A stretch of DNA of 38,597 nucleotides. It comes from Chiloscyllium plagiosum. Its lineage: Eukaryota. The stretch covers positions 37,451,777 through 37,490,373 of the forward strand of contig NC_057719.1 in NCBI RefSeq assembly GCF_004010195.1, read 5' to 3'. This document shows, piece after piece, positions 25,121 through 35,490 of this stretch (positions are counted from its first letter, which is position 1; each line of letters opens with the position of its first letter). Position numbers and translations under genes: made by a program. A model generated the notes under the pieces. It saw only the letters and a program-made list of their open reading frames with translations. It did not search any database and was not told the origin of the DNA.

Positions 25121-25976
25121 ATATCTACTGGTTCCTCTCTATCCACTCTTGCTGAGAATTCCTGGAAAAACTCTAATAAATTAGTCAGACACAATTCTCC
25201 TTTCATGAAGTCATGTTGATACTGCTTTAATAGATAACGATTTTCCAAATGTTCTGCTATTACTTCCTTAATAATTGATTCCAATACTTTTCCAACAATA
25301 GATGTTAGGCTGATTGGCCGATAGTTACCTGCTTTATGCCTCTCACCCTTTTGAATAGGGCTGTCACATTGGCAGTTTTCCAATCCTCTGGGACTTCTCC
25401 AGAATTCAAAGATTTTTGCAAAATTACAACCAAAGCATCTGTTACTTCTGTACCTACCACTGTGAAGCCATCAGGGCCAGAGGACTTACTTGCCCTTAGC
25501 CTCATTAGTTTGTCTAATACAATTTCTTTAGTGATAGTGATGGTACATAATTCCTCCCCATATTCTTTAGCATTAATGGGATGTTCAAAGTACCTTCCAC
25601 CATGAAGAATGATGCAAAATAGCTGTTTAACACCTTTGCCATCTCCTTGTCCCCCAAATCACCTCCCAGATTCATTTTCTAAGGGACCTAGGCTCACTTT
25701 GACCTCTCTTTTTATACATTTAAAGAAGGTTTTATTGACAGTTTTATATTCCTCACTAAGTTTGTCCTCCTGGTTTATTTTCTCTCTCTTCATTATCTTT
25801 TCAGTCCCCATATGCTGGATTCTGAATGTATCTGAGTTTTTAGGGTTATCACCCCCTGCATGCCCTCAGCACTGCATTTTCACTTGCTCAGGACACCTCC
25901 GCACCTGTACCAAAAGTAATACAAAAAGTGCCACACACTTTCATCTCCCTTAATACCTGCACCTCTCTCATTTCAG

Positions 25977-26085
25977 GAAGAAAGCAGCACTCAAAAGGGC
26001 AGAGAAATGCAAGATGTGTGGAAGGCAACTCACCATTCAGCTCCTTGCTCTTTATGTGGAGAATATTCTGACTGTGACTGTCTGA
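25977..26085 (+). pseudogene. Harbinger Myb/SANT-like gene remnant, part 2
   Basis: After a pyrimidine tract and TTTCAG acceptor, it reads KKAALKRAEKCKMCGRQLTIQLLALYVENIL, resembling the K.AHNR.E..KTGGG....LT.YEE motif that follows this domain. Confidence 0.45.
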
Positions 26086-26765
26086 GTGAGTGTGTCCAAG
26101 CCATTGAACTGATTGTGGACACTGCCCTTGACTTACTGTGCCAGGACTCCCTGACTCACTTGATATGAATTTGCACAATGACAGCAAGTGAAGAACAGGG
26201 AAATACAGTCTGGTCCAAACCATAAGCTGGGTGATGTCTCTAAGCAAACACTGTCCTTGTTGCACCATTCAGTATCGAAGTGCAGAAGCATCCTGTACAC
26301 AGTTTGGAGAAATACCAAGAGAGGTGTTAGACACTGGCACATTGCAGATACCAATGTTAATGGATATGGGGCAGGGGATTTGTGTGGCTGGTGCCCCTGC
26401 ACCTTACCCCAAGTAGTCCAACATGGACATCATTCAGAGCAAGCAGTGAGCTGAAGTCATGAGGTACCCATTCTGAATTACAGGTTGAGAATTCTTGACA
26501 TCTAGCTTGCTTGGTGAGTTTAAGAATTGGAAACTGAATATTAATGAGATAAGTTGGGCTGACAGTAAAGCATTTAATAAGCAGTAATTCCTTTTAATTG
26601 TCAGCTTGCCACTGCCTAGCGAGAAACTTGTCACTTTTGAAAAGCATAAAAGATGGCATGAGTTGCTCCTCTTGTTGAGATAGGCCTCACCAGACTTTTC
26701 ATCCTGGCTTTGTCACAAAGCCCACCATAGGCCACATTACTCAGGCTCTGATAAGATTCCAACCC

Positions 26766-27510
26766 AAGAGTCATGCTGCAGTTATAGAAACCCCTTGACT
26801 TCACTTAGAGCACTGCAAACAGATCTGGGCACCAGACTTCAGAAGGATATCAGAGGAGCCGAGAAAAATAAAATCGACATTTCAGGCAAAAGCTCTTCAT
26901 CAGGAAACATCGATTTTTCCTGTTCCTCAAATGCTGCCTGACCTACTGTGCTTTTCCAGCACAACTCTAATCTTGACTCTAACCTTCAGCATCTGCAGTA
27001 CCCACTTCTGCCGTTCAGAAGGATATACTCACTTAAGAAAGAATACAATGCAGATTTACAATAACAATACCTGAGCTTCAGGAATTATGTTAAGAGGAGA
27101 TATTGTACATACTAGGCCTGTTTTCACCTGAACATAGAAAGTTAAAGGGTGATCTGATTGAAATCTTCAAAATATTCACAGTAAATAACACGGTAGATAA
27201 AGATAAATTAATTCCACTGGTTCAAGGTTCTATAATTAGGGAACATGGTCTGAAAATTAGGGTCAGACCATTCAGGAGAGATGTTGGGAAGCACACAAAG
27301 GGCTGTAGAAGTTTGAAACTCTCTTTCAGAAATGATTGATGCTAGAGCAGTTGTTAATTATAAATCTGAGATAAGTAGATTTTTGTTAAGCAAAATATAT
27401 TAAGAGATATGAGTCAAAGGCTCATAAATGTAGTTAGCCCACTGATCAGTCATGATCTCATTGAGTGGTGGAACAGACTTGAAGGGCTGAATGAACCTCC
27501 TCTGCTTTCC
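26766..27510 (+). mobile_element. CR1 LINE 3' region, interrupted by a PLE insert
   Basis: LGLFSPEHRKLKGDLIEIFKI peptide and CR1 3' UTR (GATCAGTCATGATCTCATTGAGTGGTGGAACAGACTTGAAGGGCTGAATG). Confidence 0.85.
26851..27013 (+). mobile_element. Penelope-like family A fold-back insert with 13-bp TSD
   Basis: TTCAGAAGGATAT at 26838-26850 and 27014-27026; inverted part (minus CCTGATGAAGAGCTTTTGCCTGAAATGTCGAT) is fused directly to GAAACATCGAT of the direct arm. Confidence 0.88.
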
Positions 27511-28026
27511 TCAATTCTTGTTAAAATGCGTGGACTCTTGTCCTCTCCACGTTTAAATTTATCAATTATCGAATCACCAACATCCATTCCCCCACATTGT
27601 GCTACTTTCTATCTTAAATACTGTTACATCCATTATGATCTCTGCTTCTATATCTCCTGGATAAGTACAATACCAAGTAATTACTCAATATTTCCACATT
27701 TTGTGGTCATTAGCTGTGAGTTTATCACGTGCATTCTATAGTTACTATATCCCTATCCTGAAGCTTATTAACCTGGCTGCAGAATATTTCACCAATTATC
27801 CAGTGGAGCCAGGTAGCAAGTTGATGCCAAATGTTCCAGTGAGTGATCGAGAGAAACATTGACCTAGATCTTCCAGTTGCTGGATCATCAGAGACGGGAT
27901 GTGTGATCCAAGATAAGCATCTGTACCCTGTGGGAGTTCCAATGCACAAACTCCATGGGAATTGCTTGGGAAGCTTAAACTTCCAACTGAGAATGTCACA
28001 GCTCCCCAGGCTCTTCCAAAAAGGTC

Positions 28027-28233
28027 AAGATCAGAGTGGTGCTGGAAAAGCACAGCAGGTCAGGTAGCATCTAAGGAGCAAGAAAATCGACGTTTCGGGC
28101 AAAAGCCTGATGAAGGGTTTTTGCCCGAAACTTCGATTTTCCTGCTCCTCAGATGCTGCCTGACCTGCTGTGCTTTTCCAGCATCACTCTAATCTAGACT
28201 CTAATCTCCAGCATCTGCAGTACTCCCTTCTGC
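28027..28233 (+). mobile_element. Penelope-like family A palindromic insert with 14-bp TSD
   Basis: CTTCCAAAAAGGTC at 28013-28026 and 28234-28247; about 80-bp arms (28028-28107 and 28116-28195); core CTGATGA(28107-28113)..GCCC GAAA CTTC; 38-nt tail. Confidence 0.92.
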
Positions 28234-28859
28234 CTTCCAAAAAGGTCTCCGACTCTGATTCAGAAACTTTGCACAGTTCTGATTTACTTACCTGGATAGT
28301 TACACAGGAAACGTGAGTAACTAAATGATCAATCCTTTCTTCTTGCCTATCCACTTGAGGCCATGACCAGGCTTCCCTCCATACCCCCACTGATCTGACC
28401 CGACTACCCACCTCGCCATTCTGGCACCCCACTTTACCCAATCACTTACCTCCCTTATCCTGCCCACTTAGATTCCTGCACATTCTCCTATCCAGCCATT
28501 CACTCACACCCTGAAAAGCTATGTTTCAGGCATTGGAGAAAGAATACTTTACAGATTACAGCAGCTAATACTGTAAAAAGCTGTTTTGCTAAAACAGTCA
28601 AAAAATCAGAACTTGAGGTCTGTGTTGGCTTAAGGGAAATGCCATATAAGTTTCAGCAGCTGGGTCATGGATGGGTGGATCTGAAATGAAACACCAATAT
28701 AGCTGTGGCAATACTTTCCCACAAGTTAATCATCATTGTAATTCAAAAGTAATTCACTGTGTGCAGGACTTTGAGATATATTTGATTACATAATTAAGGA
28801 AAGACATTGCAAGTTTTTTTTCAGAATGAAATTTAGTTATGAGACACAGTAAATTGCTT

Positions 28860-29535
28860 GGATGGGAACAGGTTTGCACATAAGGACAAAGTGACTGAAC
28901 AAAAACAATGGTAAATGAACTTCAGTGTGGGAAAGAATGAAATGTGGCTCTAGGAATATTTTCTTGATATTAAAAGAGGAGTTTCTATGGAGAAGGGAAA
29001 GAATTTAGGTGTCCATTTTACAAAAGTCACTAAAATCTAGTGCACAAAATGAAAAAGTAATTATAAACATTAAATAATATCTTGACATTTACTTCAGAGA
29101 GTTGGAAATCAAGCATTTTAAAAAGTGTGCATCACAGCCCATGGAGTATTATAGTTCAGTTTTGGACTCTATACCTCAGGGGAGAATACAGGACAAATTC
29201 ATTGGATTTCTTAAGTAGTGCTTAAGGGTTTAGTCACAAGGATATATACATAAAAATGCCTTGTATTCTCTTGAAGATTGAGGGATAATCCAACTCATAT
29301 TTAATATTTTAAGCAACTTGATCAGGTGGATACAGAAAAATCATTTCTACTAATGGGTACATCTAGAATAATTAGAATCAGGCAATTAAAGCACATTTTT
29401 CCAAATTTAGAACTTGCTCCAACAGAATGACTTTTGCTTGGTTATTTTGGGAACGAATATTGAGTGATGTGGAACAAGATGTGTTGAGATATAGATCAGC
29501 TAGGATTAGCTAACTGTCAAAACAAGCTCAACAGC
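28860..29535 (+). mobile_element. Highly degraded CR1 3' region
   Basis: ATGGTAAATGAACTTCAGTGTGGGAAAG, GAATTTAGGTGTCC...AAGTCACTAAAATCTAG and GTTCAGTTTTGG motifs colinear with the other CR1 copies. Confidence 0.6.
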
Positions 29536-30252
29536 AATGTATTTTGTTTACTCATGGGATATGAACAGTGCTAGCTGACCACTATTTATTGCCTAATCCT
29601 AGTTGCCGTTGAGAAGGTGGTGGTGAGCTGTCTTCTTGAACTATTGCAGTCCATGTGCTGAAAGATGACCGACAATGACCTTAGGGAGGGAATTCCATGA
29701 TTTTGACCCAGCCACAGTGACAGAATGGTGACATATTTCTAAGTTAGGATGGCGAATGGCTTGGAGGAGAACTTGCATGTGATGATGTTCCCAAACGTCT
29801 ACTGTCCTTGTCCTTCCAGATAAAAGTGGTTGTAGATTTGGAAAGTGCTGTTTAAGGACCTTTGGTGAATTTCTGCTGTGTGTCTTGTATATAGTACACA
29901 CAGCTGCTACTGAGCATTGGTGGTGGAGGGAGTGAATGTTTATAGATGTGGTGCCAATCCAGCTGTCTGCTTTGTCTTGGATGGTATCAAGCTTCTTGAG
30001 TGTTGTTGGAGATACACCCATTCAGGCAAGTGGGGAATATTCCATTACACTCCTTATTTGTGCCTTGTAGATGGTGGATAGGCTTTGGACAGTCAGGCGA
30101 TGAGTAACTCCCTACAGTATTCCCAACCTGTGATCAGTTCCGGTTGTCACTGTATTTACATGGTGAGTCCATTTGAGTTTCTGGTCAATGGTAACCCCCA
30201 GGATGTTGATAATGGAGTATGCCGTGATGGTAACACCTTCAAAGGGAGGTAA

Positions 30253-31370
30253 TTTGATCTGAAAATGTGTTGCTGGAAAAGCACAGCAGGTCAGGCAGCA
30301 TCCAAGGAGTAGGAGAATCGATGTTTCGGGCATAAGCCCTTCTTCAGGAATGAGGAAAGTGTGTCCAGCAGGCTAAGATAAAAGGTAGGGAGGAGGGACT
30401 TGGGGGAGGGGCGTTGGAAATGCGATAGGTGGAAGGAGGACAAGGTGAGGGTGATAGGTCAGAGTGGGGGGGGGGGCGGAGAGGTCAGGAAGANNNNNNN
30501 NNNNNNNNNNNNNNNNNNNNNNNNNNNNNNNNNNNNNNNNNNNNNNNNNNNNNNNNNNNNNNNNNNNNNNNNNNNNNNNNNNNNNNNNNNNNNNNNNNNN
30601 NNNNNNNNNNNNNNNNNNNNNNNNNNNNNNNNNNNNNNNNNNNNNNNNNNNNNNNNNNNNNNNNNNNNNNNNNNNNNNNNNNNNNNNNNNNNNNNNNNNN
30701 NNNNNNNNNNNNNNNNNNNNNNNNNNNNNNNNNNNNNNNNNNNNNNNNNNNNNNNNNNNNNNNNNNNNNNNNNNNNNNNNNNNNNNNNNNNNNNNNNNNN
30801 NNNNNNNNNNNNNNNNNNNNNNNNNNNNNNNNNNNNNNNNNNNNNNNNNNNNNNNNNNGTGGGGTGTGTGGACCTGACGAGGGAGTCACGGAGGGAGTGG
30901 TCTTTTCGGAACGCTGATAGGGGAGGGGAGGGAAATATATTCCTGCTGGTGGGGTCCATTTGGAGGTGGCGGAAATGATGGCGGATGATACGCTGTATAT
31001 GGAGGTTGGTGGGGTGATAGGTTTCCTCATTTCCCCTCCCCCCACCTTGTCTCAGTCAAATCCCTCGAACTCAGCACCACCTTCCTAACCTGCAATCTTC
31101 TTCCTGACCTCTCCGCCCCCACCCCCACTCCGGCCTATCACCCTCACCTTGACCTCCTTCCACCTATCGCATTTCCAACGCCCCTCCCACAAGTCCCTCC
31201 TCCCTACCTTTTATCTTAGCCTGCTGGACACACTTTCCTCTTTCCTGAAGAAGGGCTCATGCCCAAAATGTCGATTCTCCTGCTCCTGGATGTTGCCTGA
31301 CCTGCTGCGCTTTTCCAGCTACACATTTTCAGCTCTGATCTCCAGCATCTGCAGTCCTCACTTTCTCCTC
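30253..31370. mobile_element. Penelope-like retroelement family A, inverted configuration with ORF remnant (contains assembly gap)
   Basis: Minus 30859-31022 encodes TYHPTNLHIQRIIRHHFRHLQMDPTSRNIFPSPPLSAFRKDHSLRDSLVRS (PLE RT-to-GIY-YIG linker); 30259-30493 is the reverse complement of about 31098-31332; hammerhead motifs at 30318-30349(-) and about 31243-31274(+); GAGGTAA flanks both sides. Confidence 0.9.
30494..30858. other. Assembly gap (365 N)
   Basis: Run of N. Confidence 1.
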
Positions 31371-31425
31371 GAGGTAACTAAGATCATCTCTTACTGGAGA
31401 TGGTTATTGCCTTGCATTTGTGTGC

Positions 31426-31772
31426 TTTATAAAATCATGAGGGGCACGGGTAGCGTGAATAGCCAAGGTATTTTTCCTAGGGTGGGAAGTCGAAAACCAG
31501 AGGGCATAGGTTTAAGGTGAGAGGGGAAGGATTTAAAAAGGATGTGAAGGGTAACATTTTCACACAGAGGGTGGTGTCTTTCTGGAATGAGCTGCCAGAG
31601 GATGTGATGGAGGTGGGTAAAATTACAACTTTTAAAGGGAACTGGATGGGTATAGGAAGGGTTTAGAGGGATATGGGCCAAATGCTGGCAAGGTCCCATT
31701 TGGGATGTTTATCCAGCGCAGATGAATTTGACTAAAGGGTCTGTTTCCATGCTTTTTGACTCTATGATTCTA
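31426..31772 (+). mobile_element. CR1 LINE 3' end
   Basis: YKIMRG..FTQRVVSFWNELPE peptide and GACTCTATGATTCTA tail. Confidence 0.88.
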
Positions 31773-31871
31773 AATATTATTTGCTACTTGTCAGCCCAAG
31801 CTTGGATATTGTCCAGATCTTGTTGCATTTGAACATGGATTACTTCATTATCAGAGGAGTTGCAGATGGTT

Positions 31872-32187
31872 TTAGATGAGATTACTTACAGTGTGGAAAC
31901 AGGCCCTCCGGCCCAACAAGTCCACACCGACCCTCCGAAGAACAAGCCACCCAGACCCATTCCCCTAAATTTACCCCTTCACCTAACACTACGGTCAATT
32001 TAACATGGCCAATTCACCTAACCTGCACATTTTTGGGCTGTGGGAGGAAACTGGAGCACCCGGAGGAAACCCACGCAGACACCGGGAAAATGTGCAAACT
32101 CCACACAGACAGTTGCCCGAGGCGGGAATTGAACCTGGGTCTCTGGCACTGTGAGGCAGCAGTGCTAACCACTGTGCCACTGTGCTG
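31872..32187 (-). mobile_element. HE1-type tRNA-derived V-SINE
   Basis: Minus strand: GTGGCACAGTGGTTAGCACTGCTGCCTCACAG (A box), GGTTCAATTCCCGCC (B box), V-domain TGTGTGGAGTTTGCACATTTTCCC..TGCGTGGGTTTCCTCCGGGTGCTCC and a CR1-like tail. Confidence 0.9.
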
Positions 32188-32191
32188 TAGC

Positions 32192-32305
32192 TACCTGAGG
32201 AAGGAGCAGCGCTCTGAAAGCTAGTGCTTCTAAATAAACCTGTTGGATTATAACCTGTTGTTGTGAGATTTTTAATTTTCTCCACTCCACTCCAATACCG
32301 ACCCC
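32192..32305 (+). mobile_element. Penelope-like family B solo insert with intact-core hammerhead motif
   Basis: TAC CTGAGGA A GGAGC AGC GCTCT GAAAG CTA GTG (32192-32226), followed by AATAAACCTGTTGGATTATAACCTG. Confidence 0.85.
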
Positions 32306-33238
32306 ATCACATTATACCTTCTTGCTAAGCCTCCTTCCAGTGTTAATGCTACTTGAATTACTGCATGGGATAGTTCACAAATTCTCACCTGACTTGGTTT
32401 TAAAATATGGAAGGCTACATTTCCTCTGCATTTGCACTCAGACCTGACATAATCTGATTAGAAATCAATGACATGGTTTGGTGATGTGAGATTACAAAAA
32501 AAATGAAAGAAACAGTATAATTGAGTAATCAAAGAGTAACTACAAAAGAATCTGAAGGGAATTGTTCTATGACCATTGGCAGAAGTGAAGCAAGTCCATT
32601 CGAGTAAACTTGAATTATATTCCCAGATTCACAAAGTATTTTACCATACAGCCAATGACTTTTTTCTAATGTGAAGAATGTGTCAGATTTATCAAAAAAT
32701 ATAGTCACTTACTCATAGTAAAGCCTTACACAATTTAAATAAATGAATGTTGAGATAAATGTCTCTGTCTGTAATAGTATAGCTAGGTGGAACCTAGCTT
32801 GCCTAATTTCAATAGGAGCCTGGAGATGAATGGGTATTAATACCATTGCAAACACAGGGAAGTTGCACAGATGTTTATTTAATGTCATGGAGGTAAAAAT
32901 TAAACATCAGCATCTACTAGTTGGTAGTACCATGTCAGCCACAAAGAATTTGACTTGTGACATATGGTCATTTCACTTCTGTGATTGATTGTAACTATCC
33001 TTATCTGGGATTGAGATGATAGAACTAAAGAGGCCACAGGAAAGAGCAGAGTCAAAGCTGTGTTCATGGATAGCTTATGTAGAGTGAGTGGTGAAGTGAA
33101 ACAGCAGGGAGAGGATAAGGTGAGCTCAAATGGATCATCCTGTAATGAAAAATCACTCAGAGCAGAGGCAGAGAAAGACCAGTATTTGTATCATGTCTTT
33201 CACAACCACTGGCCAACTCAAAGTGTTTTGTCACCATA

Positions 33239-33310
33239 CTAGGTAAGATCTTCAGTGAGCCTCACTGAAGATGTTACCTAGTTATAGCGACGAAACGTCT
33301 GAAAACCCAC
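33239..33310 (+). mobile_element. Penelope-like family C fold-back fragment with hammerhead motif
   Basis: 21-bp inverted arms 33239-33259 and 33261-33281 (1 mismatch); TCA CTGAAGA T GTTAC..GCGAC GAAAC GTC TGA at 33262-33302. Confidence 0.75.
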
Positions 33311-33314
33311 ATCC

Positions 33315-33768
33315 ACAAGGATGCTGCCAAGGTTGGAAGGTTTGAACTATAGGGAGAGACTGAACAGGCTGGGGCTGTTTTCCCTGGAGCATCGGAGCCT
33401 GAGGGGTGACCTTATAGAGGTTTATAAAATCATTAGGGGCATGGACAGAGTCAGCAAGGTCTTTTTCCCGGGGTGGGGGAGTCCAAAACCAGAGGGAATA
33501 GGTTTAGGGAAAAGAGTTAAAAGGGACCTAAGGGGTAACTTTTTCATGCAGACGATGGTGCGTGTATGGAATGAGCTGCCAGACAGTGTGGAGGTTGGTA
33601 CAATTACAACATTTATAAGATATCTGAATGGGTATATGAATAGGAAAGGTTTAGAGGGATTTGGGCCAAATGCTGGCAAAAAGGACTAGATTAATTTAGG
33701 ATATCTGGTCGGCATGGATGAGTTAGACTGAAAGGTCTGTTTCTGTGCTATACATCTCTCTGACTTTA
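33315..33768 (+). mobile_element. CR1 LINE 3' end
   Basis: TRMLPRLEGLNYRERLNRLGLFSLEHRSLRGDLIEVYKI..VWNELP peptide and CR1 3' UTR. Confidence 0.92.
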
Positions 33769-33791
33769 AGGCTGTTATTGTCCTAGAAAAT

Positions 33792-34141
33792 GGTGGTACA
33801 GTAGCTCAGTGGTTAGCACTGCTGCCTCACGGTGCCAGGAACCCAGGTCTGATTCCAGCCTCAGGAGACTGTGTGGAGTTTTCACATTCTCCCCATGTTG
33901 CGTGAGTTTCCTCCAGGTGATTAGTTTCTTCCTATGTACAATGGATGCACAGGTTAGGTGGATTGGCCAAGCAAAATTGCTGGTAGTGTCCAGGGATGTG
34001 TAGGCTAGGTGAATTAGCCATGGGAAATGCGGGGTTACAGCAATGGGGTGGGTCAAGGTGAGATGCTCTTTTGAGGGTCGGTATGCACTTGATGGGCCAG
34101 GTAGTGTCTTTCTGCACTGTAGGGATTTTATGATTCTATGA
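33792..34141 (+). mobile_element. HE1-type tRNA-derived V-SINE
   Basis: A box TAGCTCAGTGG (33802-33812), degenerate B box, V-domain TGTGTGGAGTTTTCACATTCTCCCCATG, tail CTGTAGGGATTTTATGATTCTATGA. Confidence 0.88.
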
Positions 34142-35030
34142 AAATATAACATGACAAACATCAGGTGAGCACTGGTTTGGGCTTAAGTGTCAGGCATATC
34201 CCCTGCCCAAGCCCATCGTGGTAAAATAGTAACATTTCTTAGTCAAACTTATACACAGTGAAATGCTACAATGTTAGAGGTCAGCATATTGTGCGAGGAA
34301 AGGTAAAACTATATACACAAAAAATCTACAGATCTGATACAACATCACAGTATTAACAGAGCAATGACTTTTTTGTGACTTAACTTTAACTTCATTTCTG
34401 CACAGTATATCCTGTCAAAGTGAAAATCAAGGTGTTATCTTGCTTTTCTTGACAAGTTAAAGATTACAGATAAAAGTGTACTCAATGGAGGAACAGAGAA
34501 AAGACTGCCACTGATCATTAAACATCTTAACTGTCATCACTCCTGCTGCATTCAATTTATTGCTGTATTCTTACCTTAAGACAAGAAATTAAAATGGAGA
34601 ATTCACTGTTTGGATTTTGAGAACCAATGCTGATGGCATTCTCCAATCTAAAATAACTGATCATTAACTCGGCAGACACCAAGAACAAGACACTACAAAG
34701 TTGAGTCTACTGTCAGGTTTGTTAAAAATGCCTCTTATGGAAAGTCAGTGCACATTTCAGTGACTGTGCTGACAAGCCTAAATAAGAAATCTTGAGGTGG
34801 AAGCAAACACATCTGGCAGTACAAAATGACCCCTTCTGTTTTAAGTGTTCTGACTAAGTGTTGTGACAATAGTTCAGGCATCACCACAGTGAAATGAGAT
34901 GGCCATGTGTGATCACAGCTTGTACATACTTGAATAATTAAAATTTGGAGATGCCGGTGTTGGACTGGGGTGTACAAAGTTAAAAATCACACAGCATCAG
35001 GTTATAGTCCAACAGGTTTAATTGGAAGCA

Positions 35031-35065
35031 CACTAGCTTTCGGAGCGACGCTCCTTCATCAGGTG
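35031..35065 (-). ncRNA. Minimal type I hammerhead ribozyme motif (family B, intact)
   Basis: CAC CUGAUGA A GGAGC GUC GCUCC GAAA G C U A GUG: complete core, perfect 5-bp stem II, 3-bp stem I, stem III reduced to palindromic AGCU. Activity not shown. Confidence 0.75.
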
Positions 35066-35291
35066 GTAGTGGAGGGCTCAATCCTAACACACAGAATTTA
35101 TAGCAAAAATTTACAGTGTGATGTAACTGAAATTATACATTGAAAAATTGATTGTCTGTTAAGCCTTTCATCTGTTAGAATACAGTGATAGTTTCATTTC
35201 TTTCATGTGTAAATCACAAAACCCTTTTTTTAAAGTTGCATTCTCGGGTTAGCTGTTAACAATGATGATAGCTAAACAATATGTTAAAGGT

Positions 35292-35490
35292 AAAAAAGGT
35301 AAAAACAATGACTGCAGATGCTGGAAACCAGATTCTGGATCAGTGTTGCTGGAAGAGCACAGCAATTCAGGCAGCATCCGAGGACAGGCAAAATCGACGT
35401 TTCGGGCAAAGGCTTTTGCCCAAAACGTCGATTTTGCCTGTCCTCGGATGCTGCCTGAATTGCTGTGCTCTTCCAGCAACACTGATCCAG
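35292..35490 (-). mobile_element. Young Penelope-like family A near-perfect palindrome nested in the family B element
   Basis: 79-bp arms 35332-35410 and 35415-35493 with one mismatch; TSD AATATGTTAAAGGT at 35278-35291 and 35491-35504 (first 3 nt shared with the arm); 40-nt tail at 35292-35331. Confidence 0.93.

Larger units (their letters stand above)
23750..25850 (-). mobile_element. CR1 LINE, 5'-truncated, degraded
   Basis: Minus-strand KSSGPDG, VPEDWKTANVT, AGNYRPISLTSIVGKVLESIIKE, QHDFMKGELCLTNLLEFF and LFTIYVNDL; CR1 3' UTR near 23770. Confidence 0.9.
21934..26765 (+). mobile_element. Putative degraded PIF/Harbinger transposon interrupted by CR1 insertions
   Basis: Termini GGGCTGAGTG and AAGATTCCAACCC resemble Harbinger TIRs; Myb/SANT-like coding remnants lie inside; CR1-like sequence appears to continue across the two ends (TATAAAATCAAG | AAGAGTCATGCTGCAGTTAT). 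Confidence 0.45.
29545..31871 (-). mobile_element. Second CR1-group LINE family, split by PLE (30253-31370) and CR1 (31426-31772) insertions
   Basis: Minus peptides INILGVTIDQKLKWTHHVN and TTLKKLDTIQDKA..SLHHQCSVAAVCTIYK..SWNSLP; sequence resumes at 31371 and again at about 31776. Confidence 0.8.

Noticed and set aside
28027..28233. Palindromic inserts interpreted as DNA-transposon MITEs or terminators
   Set aside because: Variable 12-15 bp TSDs, an asymmetric tail, variable apex and continuity with a PLE ORF at 30859-31370 indicate retroelement origin.
30400..31045. Long ORFs of 137-192 aa
   Set aside because: Artefacts of translation through the N gap; only the minus-strand PLE linker peptide is meaningful.
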